A DNA stretch of 64,000 bases from Spizellomyces punctatus DAOM BR117 (Eukaryota), in the NCBI GenBank assembly GCA_000182565.2, contig KQ257450.1; one strand, 5' to 3'. How positions within the stretch are numbered: position 1 is the first letter of the stretch; each line of letters begins with the position of its first letter. The position numbers and the translations under genes were made by a program. Shown in pieces: positions 26,867 to 41,128 of this stretch. The notes beneath the pieces are model-generated. The model ran no database searches, was not told the DNA's origin, and saw only the letters and a program-made list of their open reading frames with translations.

Positions 26867-29800
26867 TTAGGTTCTATTTTCATTCTCCTTCACTGCTGGA
26901 TGATTTGGGGAATTCAGATCTATCACTCCGCCGCTCACGTCTGCCCCCGCCTCGCGTCCTCCAAAGGCACCAGGAGACCCTGCTCCTCCTGACTCAGTCA
27001 AAGTGAGGGACGTCCTTGGTGTGCTATCGAACCCAGGAATAGCTGCATCGTCAACAAATAAAAATTCAGCCTCCAACATATTTTCTACGAGTTCGATGTC
27101 GGGCTTCGCTAGTGAATATGTGGTCTCGTAGATGTATCTGCTCGCCGACTGGAAGAAAGGAAGTAGCTCACGCTTGTCCGAAATGGATCGAGCCGTCAGT
27201 AGAGGTCGTCGTCGTACTTGATGATGCAAGGACGTTGCTAGATCATCTGACACTGGGCGAAGCCCCTCAAGTGGATAACTATCGATTGACGGTTGGGTCC
27301 ACATTGACGAATCGTTCAGTTGCCCACTCCACTTCGTGTAGAGTTTGTCCACAAATGCCACCGGTCGCACCGCTGCGTTATTGGCATCTTGCAATACTTC
27401 CAATGTTTCCGTGATGAAGATCCATTGATGCCTGCGTCTCATTATATAAGACATGTCACAATTGCTTTGCTTTAACACTCTCTTACCATTGAAATTCCTC
27501 AATCTGCAAAACTAACAGCAGATCCAAAAATTTGCAAGCAGCCAAAAAGGCTGCCGTGCTCTCCGCGCTGCGAGCTTCATCGCCCCTTAAATACATTTCA
27601 AACACACGTATCTGACCAGGCCCATTTTGGTTAGGGACAAATGGATTGGTGCAAGCTGATGCAATAGAGCTTACCAATTCTGTCAAAACGGTTGGCCAAA
27701 AATTTGCCAAATGATGCGTAGAAATCCTGCAAAGCAGAACCCGCAAGCACAAATACGCCTACATAGAGCGTTAGTTTGTAATTCTCTGTGAATGTCCTTG
27801 ATAATGCTTCACACCTCAATATGCATGACATCCGATTTTACTTTGAAAATGTCCACCAGTTTCTCTTGTATACCTGGCAATTGAGGAACATACTGATCCA
27901 TCGTCCCACTGAAAATGACAAAGGACAGGCGTCGAACTGCATATGCCCGTATTGTTGTCTCCTGATCCTTTGACATAAAGAGCGTGGCGGACGGAACAGC
28001 CGATATCCGCCCTAAATCAGTCCGTCAAAAATGGGATACGGAGAAATCGAGAGTGAACAGTCCTGGGTTACCTATAAGATCAGCTATCTTCTCCTTATCT
28101 GACGACACCATTGCTTGTACTATCACACGCCATTTCCTACTTGCCACGATGCCCATCTCAAAGAACTTCGGGTCTAGAAATGCATCCCATGCCTCCCGAC
28201 GCCAAGCTCTGTGCGCAGCAGGCAAGGTCGTCATGGCACAAACAAGCTCCAAAATGGGATTGAGCAGTGCCTTCACGCTGAAAATATTCAGTCAGCACTC
28301 GCATGTCAATTATGATTGCAGCTCTTCCCACCTTTGCTTATTTCTGAACAGGGGTGCGACGATGTAGTATACCATGTTACTTAGAATTGATAATATACGG
28401 TCTTGATCTAGCAGAAATCTGCGTAGTGATGGTACAAGAGAGCTGCCAAAAAACACCACCACCTTCCCAATTCGTTATTTATATGGTAAACGTCAATTCG
28501 GACAGAACAGATACTCCTCACCTCCTGCACCAGCGATTCATCAGAAACCTTGCTCAAGCGTTTTACCATATGGTCTATCTCCGGCAATGGCAAAACTGCA
28601 GTTGCATCTCCGCGCCCTCCGATGCCAATGCCGACCTGATCTGCAATCCGATCCTCTTCAGTGAGGGAATTCCGGCCGGCGAACAAATGACTGCATACAG
28701 CTCTTACCAGCGTTGGCAGTATCTGTGTCGGCCGCTTGAACACTTTTCCGCCATGATCCCTGGTCAAAAGATCGCCCGGCTATTAAGATGCAATAATCGC
28801 AGACCTTCTGGTACAAGTCCTGAGGATACAATTGTCTGAGACAACCTAGCTATCATATTGTCACCCCAATGCAGTGACCAACCTCTGCTTCGCGCAAAAT
28901 ACGCTTGTCTTCAAACTGTGGTAGAGTGGCGAACTTTTCAAAGTACACGTTCAAAAGTCTACTCGAAGGCAGAGTATCGCATGCGCTGAGCACAACTGCT
29001 GAGGAAATCGTTGTAGAGTTTTCTACTCACCTCAAGATAGGCAAAAACAAATGTTTATATGCAGACGCTTGGGCGCTAGCCTCTTTCACGTATGCGGCCA
29101 CATAGGGCCACGTCTCTTTGAGGGTTTCCGCTGGAGCCCAAAGCGCGCAGTATTTCTCCAGAAATAGCACCAATGATATGTCTGGTCTGTAACACGACAT
29201 TAATGAGGGCACCATTTCACTCGATTGCGAAAATGAGACATACAAAGTCCGCGCTTTCAGAGATGCCTTCTTTATGCGATCTCTTTGACTGGTTCCTTGA
29301 AGAATTACCCCGCGTTCCTTCAATATGTCAAGGACTGTGGTCACTATCGACCTTGGAGTACTTCCGTGAATCACCTCCATCATTGCGATAGCGGTTCGCT
29401 TCAGCGCCTTCTCCTGGATAGCAGCTGTGAGCATAATGCACTGCCGTGCTCTGGCGGACATGCTGCATACGCTCACCTCCTTGTCAACGTGACCCCCATT
29501 TTCCGCGAGCCATACCTCAATTAACGACTCGATGGTATCTGCCGAATGTAATTTGTAAGTGGCTTCCAAGACTTTACGGATTCGAAAACGTAAACGATCC
29601 CTCAGAAATGTGAAGGACATGCCCATGCTTTCTTGAGCGTTGCTTTGATCGAGCTGGTTACGGGATTCCATGGATTGCCCTTCAGTCGAACATACGTCAA
29701 ACAACCCATACAGCTCCTGCAAATTCCTCAAGATTGACGGCAGTAGGTTCAAAACTACTTCCGTCATCCGTTGCTGCGCCGTCTCTGCTTCCAGACCCCT

Positions 29801-32800
29801 TTCATCGCTACCAAAGACGCTGGCAACGTAGCCTGTGAAAAATTTGAAGCTGGTCCCTCCCGCTCCCGGTGGCCCGCCTTTCGCTCCGGTACTATCCAAA
29901 CCACCTTCCGCCAAACAAAATGCGATAAGTTTCTCCAACCCATACAATAGGACTAGCGCATCTAGCTCGGGGTACGCTTGCATTGACAATTGCTCATCTC
30001 CTGGGTCGATTCCATTGCTTTGTAACCGCTCGAAACTATATGACATATACTTTCTCATTCCATCTTGATACTTCCGTAGCTCGTCACAAAGACATTGTAT
30101 TATGGGGAGCAAAATCCTTCTGAAAGAGTTTCGAAGATGGGGAAGGGAAGAAAGGATGAAGTCCATGTAATGTTGGAGCACGGGCCGATTGGTGCGTATT
30201 GAAAGGGCATCGAGCAAAGTGCGAACCAGGATTGGAGATGAGCCTTCGCAAAACAAACGATGAATGGGCGTTAATCGCACATTTTTCTAAGGCATCTTCT
30301 TACCAATAGTGCGCAAGCGAGGAAAAGTAGCATTGGAATTTGGCTTTGTTTCGCTGCTCTCCGTGTGCTCTTGCGATTCCGTTCTCATCTCCGCTGCTAA
30401 CATACTGTCCATTGCCGCTGACACAGGCACATCCGCTTTGGTAGAGACGGGCACCGTTCCAACTTCGTGAACCACTCGCTGAGAACTGAGCAAGCCTGCA
30501 ATGCCATGCAGTACCTGAAGCATTCGTGGCTGCACATCTAGTTTGCAAGCGAATATGCAATACAGCAACTTGCGAATGACTATTCCTTGGACGACGGACA
30601 CTAGCTGATAATTCGCGTAATCGGACCGGGATAACACAATAAGTAGGAACTCAGCCGCACGAGCTTGAATCGATTCTATCAGGTTGATCTCGCTGGTCGA
30701 GGCATGCGGGAGTGGTTCGCTCTGAAGGTACCTAAGTGGATTGACAGTTACTCGCATTGAATCATCTAAGATGCACAGAGAACGCACCTCAGACTAAGCG
30801 TTATCAGCAGTTCCGCGTACGTGAAATGGTTGCTTGGAATATTATAGTCTGAGAAATGTATATATCAGTGGCGGTGGGCGCGAGATATCGAAAGCTGCGC
30901 ACGTAATACCCTCTTCCATCCAGCGACAAGCGTTAACAAGATCAGGTAGTTTAACTGTGGCCATCCATATAGATCGTAGGAACAGCCGATCTCCAAAACT
31001 TAAGATCCCTAGCAAAGTCTGGTAGGCGTAGTCCACTTGCGCTTGATTGAAGGGCGCTGTGTAATAAAAGAGGGCCACGTCTTCGCCACTGACGCGAACG
31101 TTTTTTGAAATACGGCGGATGTCCCGATGAAGCAGAATCGCCAACAACGGATCAAGAATTCTTCAAAGTAGAATGAGCGATTTAATCACCTTCATTCGCA
31201 TCATGCTAATGAGACGGCGCTTACCGGATATATGATTTGACATAGGATCTGAACCACGTTTCTCCACCTCTGCGAATGAGAGGATCCTTGCTTCGCAATG
31301 CGTCAAGCATTATAAATAAGGGGCGGGAGAAAAGCATACTAGCGTGACTCGCAGCTTCTTCTGCACGAGAGACTGAGAATTCGATGATAGCGTAGCAAAC
31401 TAGCTGATTCTTCATACCCGACAGCCTCCAGAAAATGCCAAACTTCTCGAAGCGTCCTAGCCGCTCCGACGATGTTCCGCTTGTTAACTGTTGAGCCATG
31501 ACATTTTCCATTATATAGGAGCTCGATACAGAACAGAGAGCCCATATTAGCTCCACAGCACGAGAGTGATATCGGACCTCCTCAGGGCCTAGGAACATCC
31601 ATAACTACAATGGTGTCAGGACAGCTTTCTCAACCATTCCCATCCGCGCCAACACATACTTTTTGCATAACTGCACACACAAAATGATTGAACTGCGGTG
31701 GCTCAGGAATTGGATAGAGCTTGCTGGTGAGCAGGCTTAGCAAACAGCTCAAAGCAGCGTTGAGGACGGGAAAGTCATTGACCTACGGGACATAGATCAA
31801 TCCCTCTACCGCCATAGCATGACAAGCAAAATCACATAACAGGCGTACCATATGTGCTGCATTCATCAATGGCACAAGCCACATCGTTCCCGTTCCTTCT
31901 GACACTGACGGCAGTGGAACACCCTCTTCTGTACAGTGTTGTTGTACATCGCCTTGTGACATTCGCCGCAATTGGGCCTCGCGATCCAGGGGATCTAGAT
32001 GGGCGGCAAGACTTTGAATGATCGTTGTTACTTGTCCGAATACGCTTGTTATCCGGCGTCTGCCATGATAAGATGATACCGGCGCATTCACCACTGTTCG
32101 GTCCAGTGCTTCGTTCGCAGGTTTTTCAACTTGGTGGTCATGAAAAATCCCATCCGTTATCAACCGGGCCACGAAAGCGAGCAAGTCACTGAAACCTGAT
32201 TGAAGAATATTCCTTCCCACTAGAATGTTTTGCTGACGAAAGGGGTCCAATGCACCGGATGCATTGTCAGCCATCTCATAAAACTCATCAATTTCCACTA
32301 CCATATCCCTTTTAGTTTGCTCTACGCCTGTACGCTTTGCCGCCGATGAAAGCCCTCCATTCCCGTCACCGGCTGCATCTGTCGGCGGTAATTCTTCCAT
32401 GCTGGCACCACCGAAATCACGCAATGACCAGGAGTGGGATAGGACGTCATCGCCAATGAGAAATTCAAGTTTACCGATCAGCTTTAAGTATAATGGTAAA
32501 TTAGCAAGAGTTTCGGGAAGAGACGGTAACGTCTAAAAGAAGAATTCACGCGTTAGATGTTGATGATAAGCATAATCTTGTATGAATTACCGTAAGTCGA
32601 TTGGTCATGGTTTTGAACAAAAACGGCAAATGAACACGTTGGGTCTCGTCGTCACTCCATTTGAAGGTCGAAAGCGCAAAATCGAAGAGCTCATAACCCT
32701 GAGGATGATTCATTATCAAGGTCGTTTGCGATGCCTGCTTGCCAAGAAGTGTTACCTCGACTTTGTCCATGGATTCGAGCGAGGCTTTGCGTACAATGCG

Positions 32801-34749
32801 GTACAATTGCGTCCAAATCAGCAGAGGGTCTACCATATCTAAAAACATCGTCGCCGTTTGCAATAGCTAGCACCCATTGTAGATTTGTTGAGTCGTGGGA
32901 ATCAAATAGGGCAATAAAACTACGGTTACCTCTGTCTGATGGGTTGAAGACTCCATCTGCTTTTTCAGGGAGTGGAAAATGATAGGAAAAAGATCGCGCA
33001 GCAAAGGTTGTCCGATTTCAGTCTTGTCCATTAAAGATATCATTATTTTATACGGTTTGGAGATCTCAGAAAAATCGGCGCTGGGAGTATAGAACATAGC
33101 CTTCCCGAGAAGTGTCAGGTAGCCTGCTCATCACGGAAACTGACACTCCTTGTCTTACTTACCCTCAATGCCGAAGTCAGAGGAAATCTACAATCATCTG
33201 CCAAAAGTTTACTGTCGGCTGACCCTATGTCGAATGTCATTCAATGAGGATCAACGAAAAGTGTGAACACTTAACCCATACCTAGTAGCCATGCGTAAAG
33301 CCGGCGATTGAGAGACATGTCTTTGCGTAAAACAACGCCTGCCGATGCACCGAGCAGTAAAACCAGGTCGGGCCCGTGAAAGAGGCTAGCCAAGTTCACT
33401 CCGATTAGCGAACTGCCAGGAGTAGATCCCATTGCATATCCCGTACCCATATTTCAAAGGGAAATGGACCAGCAGCAATTCTAATGCCCCCCTTTGCACC
33501 AGCAGGACTCTGTCTTCCAACACTGCGGATAATGCCCTCGCCAACAAGCTCGTATCGTTTCCAAGCACCACAGCGACGTCTAAACCACAGGCGATGACTG
33601 ATTTACAGAAGGCCACGTCGAACTTGACTGCTCATGCATACCTTCTGCGGAGGATACTTTTGGCATTCGCCGAAGTAGATAGTTTACAGCGGCTAAGCGC
33701 AAGTGCGGCACGGATATCAACGAAAGCCAAATACAATGGTAGAAATATCCTTGACCAACGCTGCGTACGAGGCCATCCAAAATTCCCATAACCTATACCA
33801 TAAGCGTTAGCCTATTCCCTAAATACTTAGGTTAGTATGTCAAACGTTACCCACCCTGTCGAAATATTCATTATTCTCTTCCTCTAAACTGGGAAGAAGT
33901 GCTAATATCAATGCTTTAAGACTTGGTTTTAAACGCAAGCCCAAGGGTAGATAATATTTTTCGTACAGAGCCAGAACTTGCGGCTATGCACAGAGTGAGC
34001 ACTCCATTTAGCAGCCACTCTATTGATGGACGACTACTGTGCTCCTGTACCTTCACCGTTGTTGGCGAATTCTGCAAGAATGGAAATAGTCCACACGACC
34101 AAAGGGGTAGATCCTCCGCTAATTGCGTCGTCTATTAGATCGCCGGCCATCTACATGAGTCCTCAAGACGTTCTGCTAGTAAGATGGACATGCACTCACA
34201 CCAGTGGCCTCGAAAATCAGTCCGTAAACATCCAACGTCTTTTGATGTACCCCCGCTGGTAGCGCAGGATTCAGACATTGCGCCAAACGTTTTGCAATCA
34301 CTAGCTTCTGTGGTATAGCTGAATGGCTGGAGTGCGCTTGAAGCGTCTGAAGAAATTTGGTGATAAGAGTCACCCGGTGACATGGTTGAATTGTTGTACT
34401 AGGAATGTACCTTAGCGAGTCGGGTCAAGAAGCCTATCACGTCAGCCCATTCGCTAATTGTGTCAAATGATAGAAGAATCTTGTCCACCGCATTGAGGTA
34501 TCTCCTGTACTTGGGATCTTTACGCAAATCTACCAGGGCATGTTCTCATTAATCATGCAGTAACCGCAGAGTGCATAGGATCTGCCCTAACTTTGGACAA
34601 AACCAAGAGCGTTGCCAGTTGCAGCATACATAACCATCATTCTCACCTTCTGAGCTTGTACTCTCATATGTATCGCCAATGGGAAATTCAGTAGACGCAG
34701 AAGCCCGCAGCGCACCAGGCTCACTGATGTTGCCTGAGGACTCCGCCAT
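26867..34749 (-). CDS. DOP1: Dopey/Dop1 endosome-Golgi trafficking protein, many exons
   Basis: DPKYRRY...EWAD, AKRLAQCLNPALPAGVHQKTLDVY, DMSLNRRLYAWLL, KIMISLMDKTEIG, C-terminal HLANFWPTVLTEL...ACKFLDLLL...EEFQ. Confidence 0.93.
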
Positions 34750-35213
34750 ATATCCTCCCTCCTATGTCTTGCAGCTACTCAGTAGCGAACCGCGATAAAG
34801 GCGCATGGGTGGGAAACCAACAATTGTCGTGGGGTGGAGACAAGTAGGAGGTGCAACTGGATTGCAGCCAGCACGAAAAGATACAATGACCAGTGCTGGA
34901 GCTTCGAAGCTCTGTTTAATAACTATTGGCCGCACTCCTAAACATTCGCAACACTTAGCCGCGATCTTGCCGATCTCTGCTGACACGAAGTGCGGCTTTT
35001 TGGATTGGACGACGTTCTGTTGGATGAGTCATTATGACTCATTCACATTACCAGTTAGTGTACAAGATCATCCTGAGATATCTTGAAAAATGAACGTTTG
35101 CCTGCTGCTTCGTTTTTACGAAATTCAAACAGACTAGCGTATACCTCTACATTCTGGCGACTAGAAGTCTAAGTCCCTTCACGCTGCCGCCTGGCGTCCG
35201 GCAGATAAGCAAG

Positions 35214-36577
35214 ATGGCTTACAAGTGTATTGGTAGGTATGATATGTGGCCAGAAAGGAAAAAGCAGAGAACCGCAATGCTTTTCTATTATAGATATCGG
35301 TGTAAATTTGACGGACCCCATGTTTCGCGGCACATATCGGGGAAAGCCGGTGCACACAGGTACGCTGGCATCAACCTCTCAAAGTTCGACACATCGCCCA
35401 TTATCGCGCAGATGACCTCGAGCAGGTACTTCAACGGGCTCGTGACGCTGGCGTAGAACGCATTATGGTGACCGGTGCGTTTCTCCTGCTCAAGTTCAAC
35501 TATCATATGGTTGACAATCTCTGTTGTATTAGGAGGAAATCTCAAAGAAAGTCAAGAGGCGCTCCATCTAGCTCGCCGGCATGGTAAAGACATAATTAAC
35601 CCGCTGTTGCCTGCAGAAGAATAAATGCTGGACCTTTCCAGATTTTCTCTTTTCAACCGTGGGATGTCATCCTACACGATGTCAAGAGTTTGAAACATCA
35701 TCAGACGGAACACCCCAGGATCCGGACGCTTACTTCACCTCCTTATTGAGTATTATTAAGGAAGATGCAGCATCTCCTTCTGCAAAGGTGGTTGCAGTTG
35801 GCGAATGTGGGCTTGATTATGATCGGTTAGAATTTTGTCCGAAGGAACTCCAGCTACGGTTAGTGGCGCTTTGGCACGATTTGCACGCTGGCGATCACGG
35901 AAACTAACATTCACGTAGATACTATGAACGTCAGTTTGACCTTGCTCAGCAAACAGGTCTTCCAATGTTCCTGCACAATCGAAACACAGGTTCTGATTTC
36001 ATTGAATTGACCAAACGTAATCGATCAAAATTCGTGGGTGGGGTCGTTCATTCGTTTGATGGCTCAATAGAGGAAATGAAGGTAATAGTCGGAGAGCTGG
36101 ACCTGTTCGTTGGTATAAATGGATGGTACGTCTACTGGACGTCTAAGCAGTCGTGGACGGGCTTTAGACTTAAGACTTACATTCCGGCAGTTCCTTGAAG
36201 ACGCAACGTAATCTGGATGTAGTAAAAGAAATACCTGTTGACCGGCTAATGATTGAAACAGACGCTCCATGGTGCGACGTTAGGCCGACGCACGCATCCT
36301 ACAAATATATCAAAGATACTGAATTTGCAAATGCAAGTTCCCACAAGAAAAAAGAAAAGTTTGAGATGGGTTGCATGGTAAAGGGACGCAACGAGCCCTG
36401 CCAAATAAGGTGGGCCCCTCGCATAGTGTCATTATCCGCTCATGCTGTGTGATATTAACTGACATGTTTAGGCAAGTCTTAAAAGTTATTGCTGATCTGA
36501 AAAGCATGGATATAAGGGAATTATCAGAGATTGTGTATCACAATACAAGAAAGATGTTTTTTCTGGGAAGATCTTAG
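35214..36577 (+). CDS. TATDN1: TatD-family DNase (TATDN1-like), multi-exon
   Basis: [69 protein letters not shown]. Confidence 0.93.
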
Positions 36578-37622
36578 TAAACATACAATCTCAATAGAAT
36601 TTAAGTAGATCTGAGATGCGTACGGTCGATGGAAAGCTTGTAACTATCAAACGTCAATGTTGCACGGGATACTATTGGGCGAAGGAGATGGAATCAAAGC
36701 ACTTACAGAAATTCGCCTTACCGAGTAGATGCATCCATTAACTCCAGTAGTGAAAATGAAAGCCAGAAAACTCTGATCTGCTGGTCAAAACTTTGAAGCT
36801 TCAGCTGCAACAGTCTTCGGGGCTCGCCACGATCCACGATCGATGATGCGTGATCGTACAGACATGGAACGTGTCAACCTCATCGCTTGATGGCCATTTC
36901 AACACGCTTCTACCTCGCAACATTCTTCGCTTATTTCTTTCTACGGAAGCGCCTGAAGAATAGTAAACCGATTTTTTTTATCCTTGCGGTTCTTCTCGGG
37001 TTGGTAGTCCTTCATTACCTGGCTCTTCCCTTCCCGCACCTCCCACACGGCGCACGTTCTGCACCAGGGCAGTTGCCCTCAACCCCACAGCCATCACCGA
37101 GCGAATAAAGCATGGATAGGGAAAGCTCAAAAGTGAACGTTGGATTGTAGCAGACGCAGAGCTCTGTCGTCGCGCTGTGGAGATGGGCGCCAGGTTGACC
37201 AGTCAGAACGGAAACGCAGGCAAACCTAATAAGTGGGCTCGAGCGAATCAAACATTCCTGCGATACTTTATTATCATTATGGCCTCTGGGATAGTGGGCC
37301 GTGAAAATGGGAGGTTCACCATGTACCCGGCATCCAACCAGAGGCCTAGAATAGTGTCGGATAAAGGATGAAGCTACACGAGGTCGGCCGTGCGCCATCA
37401 ATGGCTTATATTCTTCTCGTTCCCCCTCTATTTGCGATTCACCCTGGAGAGGCCACTTGAGCGAGATAGACTGTTGGAGTTGCAGAAAAAATGGGCTTTG
37501 GTTAATGACGTGTACGGTCATTGAGAATCACGGATGGACAACTGATATTGACAATAACAAAAGAGGTGTACATGGTCATAAACATGGGTATCAGACGAAT
37601 TGTAACTAGTCATCAAAGACTG

Positions 37623-39922
37623 TCAATGCTTGGCGAGGGCAAGACCAACGCGTGGCTGCAGCGAGTTGCTCTGCACATTATAATCGTATATCTGATAGTA
37701 CTGTGCGAAATTTAGGAACGATAAGTACAACCAATACCTCAAGCCATAAGTTAAACTCGTCTTACCTTCCGAAGGAAAACTTCCCCAAGAATCCACTTGT
37801 CAGTAACATCTTGCTAATTGCACATCCCAATCAAATGGTTCTGTCAGAAACTGGAATGTGTTGACGATAGCATATTATTTGAACCTACGTTTTGGCGAGC
37901 CTGAAATGGAGCGTAACAGGTATTCGGGTCATCAGGCCAGACTCGAGTAGGCAAATCCGCAGCTGATGGAGAGATGTTGAACTTGGAAAGCGGCAGGTGC
38001 AAATACCATTTTGAACATACCATCAAGCGTGAACTTGTTTCCTTGCAAGGTGAAGGTGATCTTGACACCACTGTTTTTGGCCTTATTGCAGCTCACCGCC
38101 CACAATCCGCGGACCCCGGCACCGTATGCTCCCAAGAGGCCATTCAGTCTTGCAGCCACGGCATAGTCCACGACAATCAGGGTTGTTCCTGGATAGTTAG
38201 CAAGGAACGCAAATGATATTTTTTAATTGCAAAGAAACAGTCCTTCCTGTAAATCGGCGGGTCACGTACCAGTATCCACAATTCCTCTAATGGCTCTTCC
38301 GCTTGGCACCAAATTTACCCCATCCGGACCCGCAATCCCGTTCAGTTGAACGTGCCACCAGTTGGCGGTATTAGGGACGCTCAGCCACGTAATCGGTCCA
38401 GTATATCTAGCAGGGTTGCCTGTAGTGCTGCCCAGAGCCAATTCACCACCGACAGTCGAACCAGGTGCAGCACTCCAAGATACATATTTATCCAGCCATA
38501 CCCCAAAAGCGGGTTGCTGCAGCTTTCGCCCGTAATAAAGGTTCTCAATTATCGACGATTTTCCAACGAGATTATCAGGAACCACAGAGTTTGCCCAAGA
38601 GAGGGACGAGAAACCTGTGAACACACTGTTAGAGATTGCGTCGGATAGTACTTCAATCGGTTCGACCTACTTAATCCGAGCAACCCGTCGACATTAGCTG
38701 GCTGTACATTATTCATCTGATCTGCCTGAATGAACACCTGTGACGTAGCGATCAAATTTCCAATGCGCACGTAATCCTAGATAGTAGCAAGGAAGGCTTC
38801 ACTACAAAGTACATCGGTATGTGATCTGTCTTGCTTACCGTGACAACGCTACCCGAAGCGGAACCGAGACTATACTTTTGTTTTTATTGACGAGATCGAG
38901 CGTCAAAGTTTGGAACAGAAACAGCGTGAACAAAATGGAGGAAAGTAACTTACATAGGTAGTGACCGGAATGCCAAGCTGGTAAGCTGTCCTTGATTGCG
39001 TTGCGTCGTACCTTCTTCTTTGTGAACAGGGGCTGCCGCATTTCATAGAAGGAATCCACAGGTCAGCAGAACCTGACAGTGTTGATGAGTATATGACGAG
39101 TCCAAGCAATACGTGAGGGCGGCCACAAACCAGTATCAATGACTACGGAGAACCATTTTCCCGGAGTTCCAACCAGGATACTCGTGTAATACTGATATAG
39201 AATTTCCAAAGTAGAGTACGTTCATTTGTGATTCGCCGATGACGAAGAGAAGCACTTTTCCTTACCATTGTGTCATAATTGTTGGAAATATCAGCCACGT
39301 TTGGGGTTGAAGGCGCAACATACTGCCTCCTACTTTTTGATTCTCCCATTCCACGCCGCCTGAGATTGAGAGGGGGTTCATCCTCGTCCTCTTCACCGAC
39401 GTAGTACTGCAACATCTCATCTTCATCTGGCTCGCCAATATAATCTGGGTCTCCGTCAACATCGGTAGTACCCCCTTCATCCCTGGCACGCAAGTTTTGA
39501 ATCAAATCGTCTGCGGCTTCCGGAATACCGGCAGTAACATTTTTCTCCACAAAATGGAGGGACGCCATCGCCTTAGCAATGTCTTCTGCGGTGACATCCT
39601 CTTTCAACGTAACCAAACCGTCGTCACTACGACGAAGGAGACTACGCCTGAACGCAAGGCGGCCCTCAGGGTGGCGGATCATTGGAATGCTATATAATTG
39701 AAACCAGGTCGTCGTTGTGAATGTAGGAACAGTGCAGGCAAACCATTAATCACTGTAAATGGGGCTAAGAATACAGGAGATCTCTTACATGGCGGGTCCA
39801 GTGGGTGCGTCACCAGAGCCTCCTGCAAGAACGTCCGCTCCTGCCGGGTTCTGGCCCACTAAAGTAGCCGCAACAGCGGCTCCAAGTAGTGGCAGAGCGT
39901 ACTGTTGCAGATGCATCCACAT
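37623..39922 (-). CDS. Secreted pepsin-like aspartic protease (A1) with long propeptide, multi-exon
   Basis: Signal peptide (ALPLLGAAVAATLVG), YYTSILVGTPG...VVIDTGSADLWIP, DGLLGL, second motif IVDTGTT, WILGEVFLRKYYQIYD...RVGLA. Confidence 0.9.
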
Positions 39923-40247
39923 GATGGAGATATGTAACGTCTTAGATCTTGCTGGCTTTTGCCTAGAATTTCAGTGTTTGATGGCCTCTTCAAAATTGGT
40001 TTGAATTGTGCGAAAGATGTCCTTGCTCAGTCAGCTCAATAATAACCATTTTCCATTGTACAGTGCGCACGAATATCCAGCAGATGGAGAAGCGGTGAAG
40101 AGACGCGCCTCGATTACGGCATCATGGGATGGTCTATCACGTGAGGATGAGGACGTGAAGATGGAGACTAAAGCAGGTTTCGACGAAGCAAACATCGACA
40201 AGATTCGTATTTTATATACAGAAATACATTATTCCTACACGTTAATC

Positions 40248-40875
40248 TCAGGCCATGGACCCTCCAAGCTGCTGTACAGAAACTTGGATCATATCGTTAT
40301 CTTCCATGTCCAGCTAAAAAAAAAAGGAAGCCGCACTTGAGCAAACTGATATCCATTTGTATCCTCAGAAGAGCTATTCCGCTATAGTGCGGAGTCGCAA
40401 TCAACATACCTCATCCGGAGTTTCATGGCCGTTAATACGTTGCCCATCGTACAAAAATCGTACGGAGTTCTTGTCCTAACGCAATTAATATTTAATGGGT
40501 CGGTTCATTCTGATGATATGCAATACTCTTCTTATTTGAATGGCAAGGATCGACATACCTGTCCGGTTTTGGCAACATAGGCATCCATCAACCGCTGCAG
40601 AGGGGTTGTTCTCTTGATCTTGAAGGCTATGTGGGAGTGCGGGATGAGACTGTAGCTTCCGTGTGCCGTCACAGGACCAACGTACCAATTTCGGACTGAT
40701 CTTGTCCTAGCACCTTGAGATTGATATGCTGAACAGTTTCAGGCTGTTCACACAAACCAGTGATCGCAATTAGCATATGTGACGTGAAGACGAATCATCC
40801 GCGTTGTGAAAATTGCAGATTCAGCTTTACAGTACATACTTTGCGTTCGTCCTGAGCGTCGTTTGCATCTGTCAT
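40248..40875 (-). CDS. SMT3: SUMO precursor, 5 exons
   Basis: HINLKVLGQDQSEI/AFKIKRTTPLQRLMDAY/...RFLYDGQRI...TPDE/LDMEDNDMIQVSVQQLGG-SMA*. Confidence 0.94.
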
Positions 40876-41128
40876 GGTGAGATGTTTTTTTCTTTTTTTG
40901 GTTTTGTACAGTGGAAGACAAGGAAGCTTTAGCGTGCAGGACCAGTACGCCAACCTGATTCGGATGGAAGCAAGGGACAGTGATGGAAGGCAGTAGAGTC
41001 ACGTGTTTGTCTGGACGCGTACTAAGCAAGCGGAAATCGTCTGGACGTCGCAGTTGCGCGATCTTGACAGCATGCGCTTATAGATGCTCAACCTTAACGG
41101 CTAAGGAGCAAGGGAGCGCAGATATATC

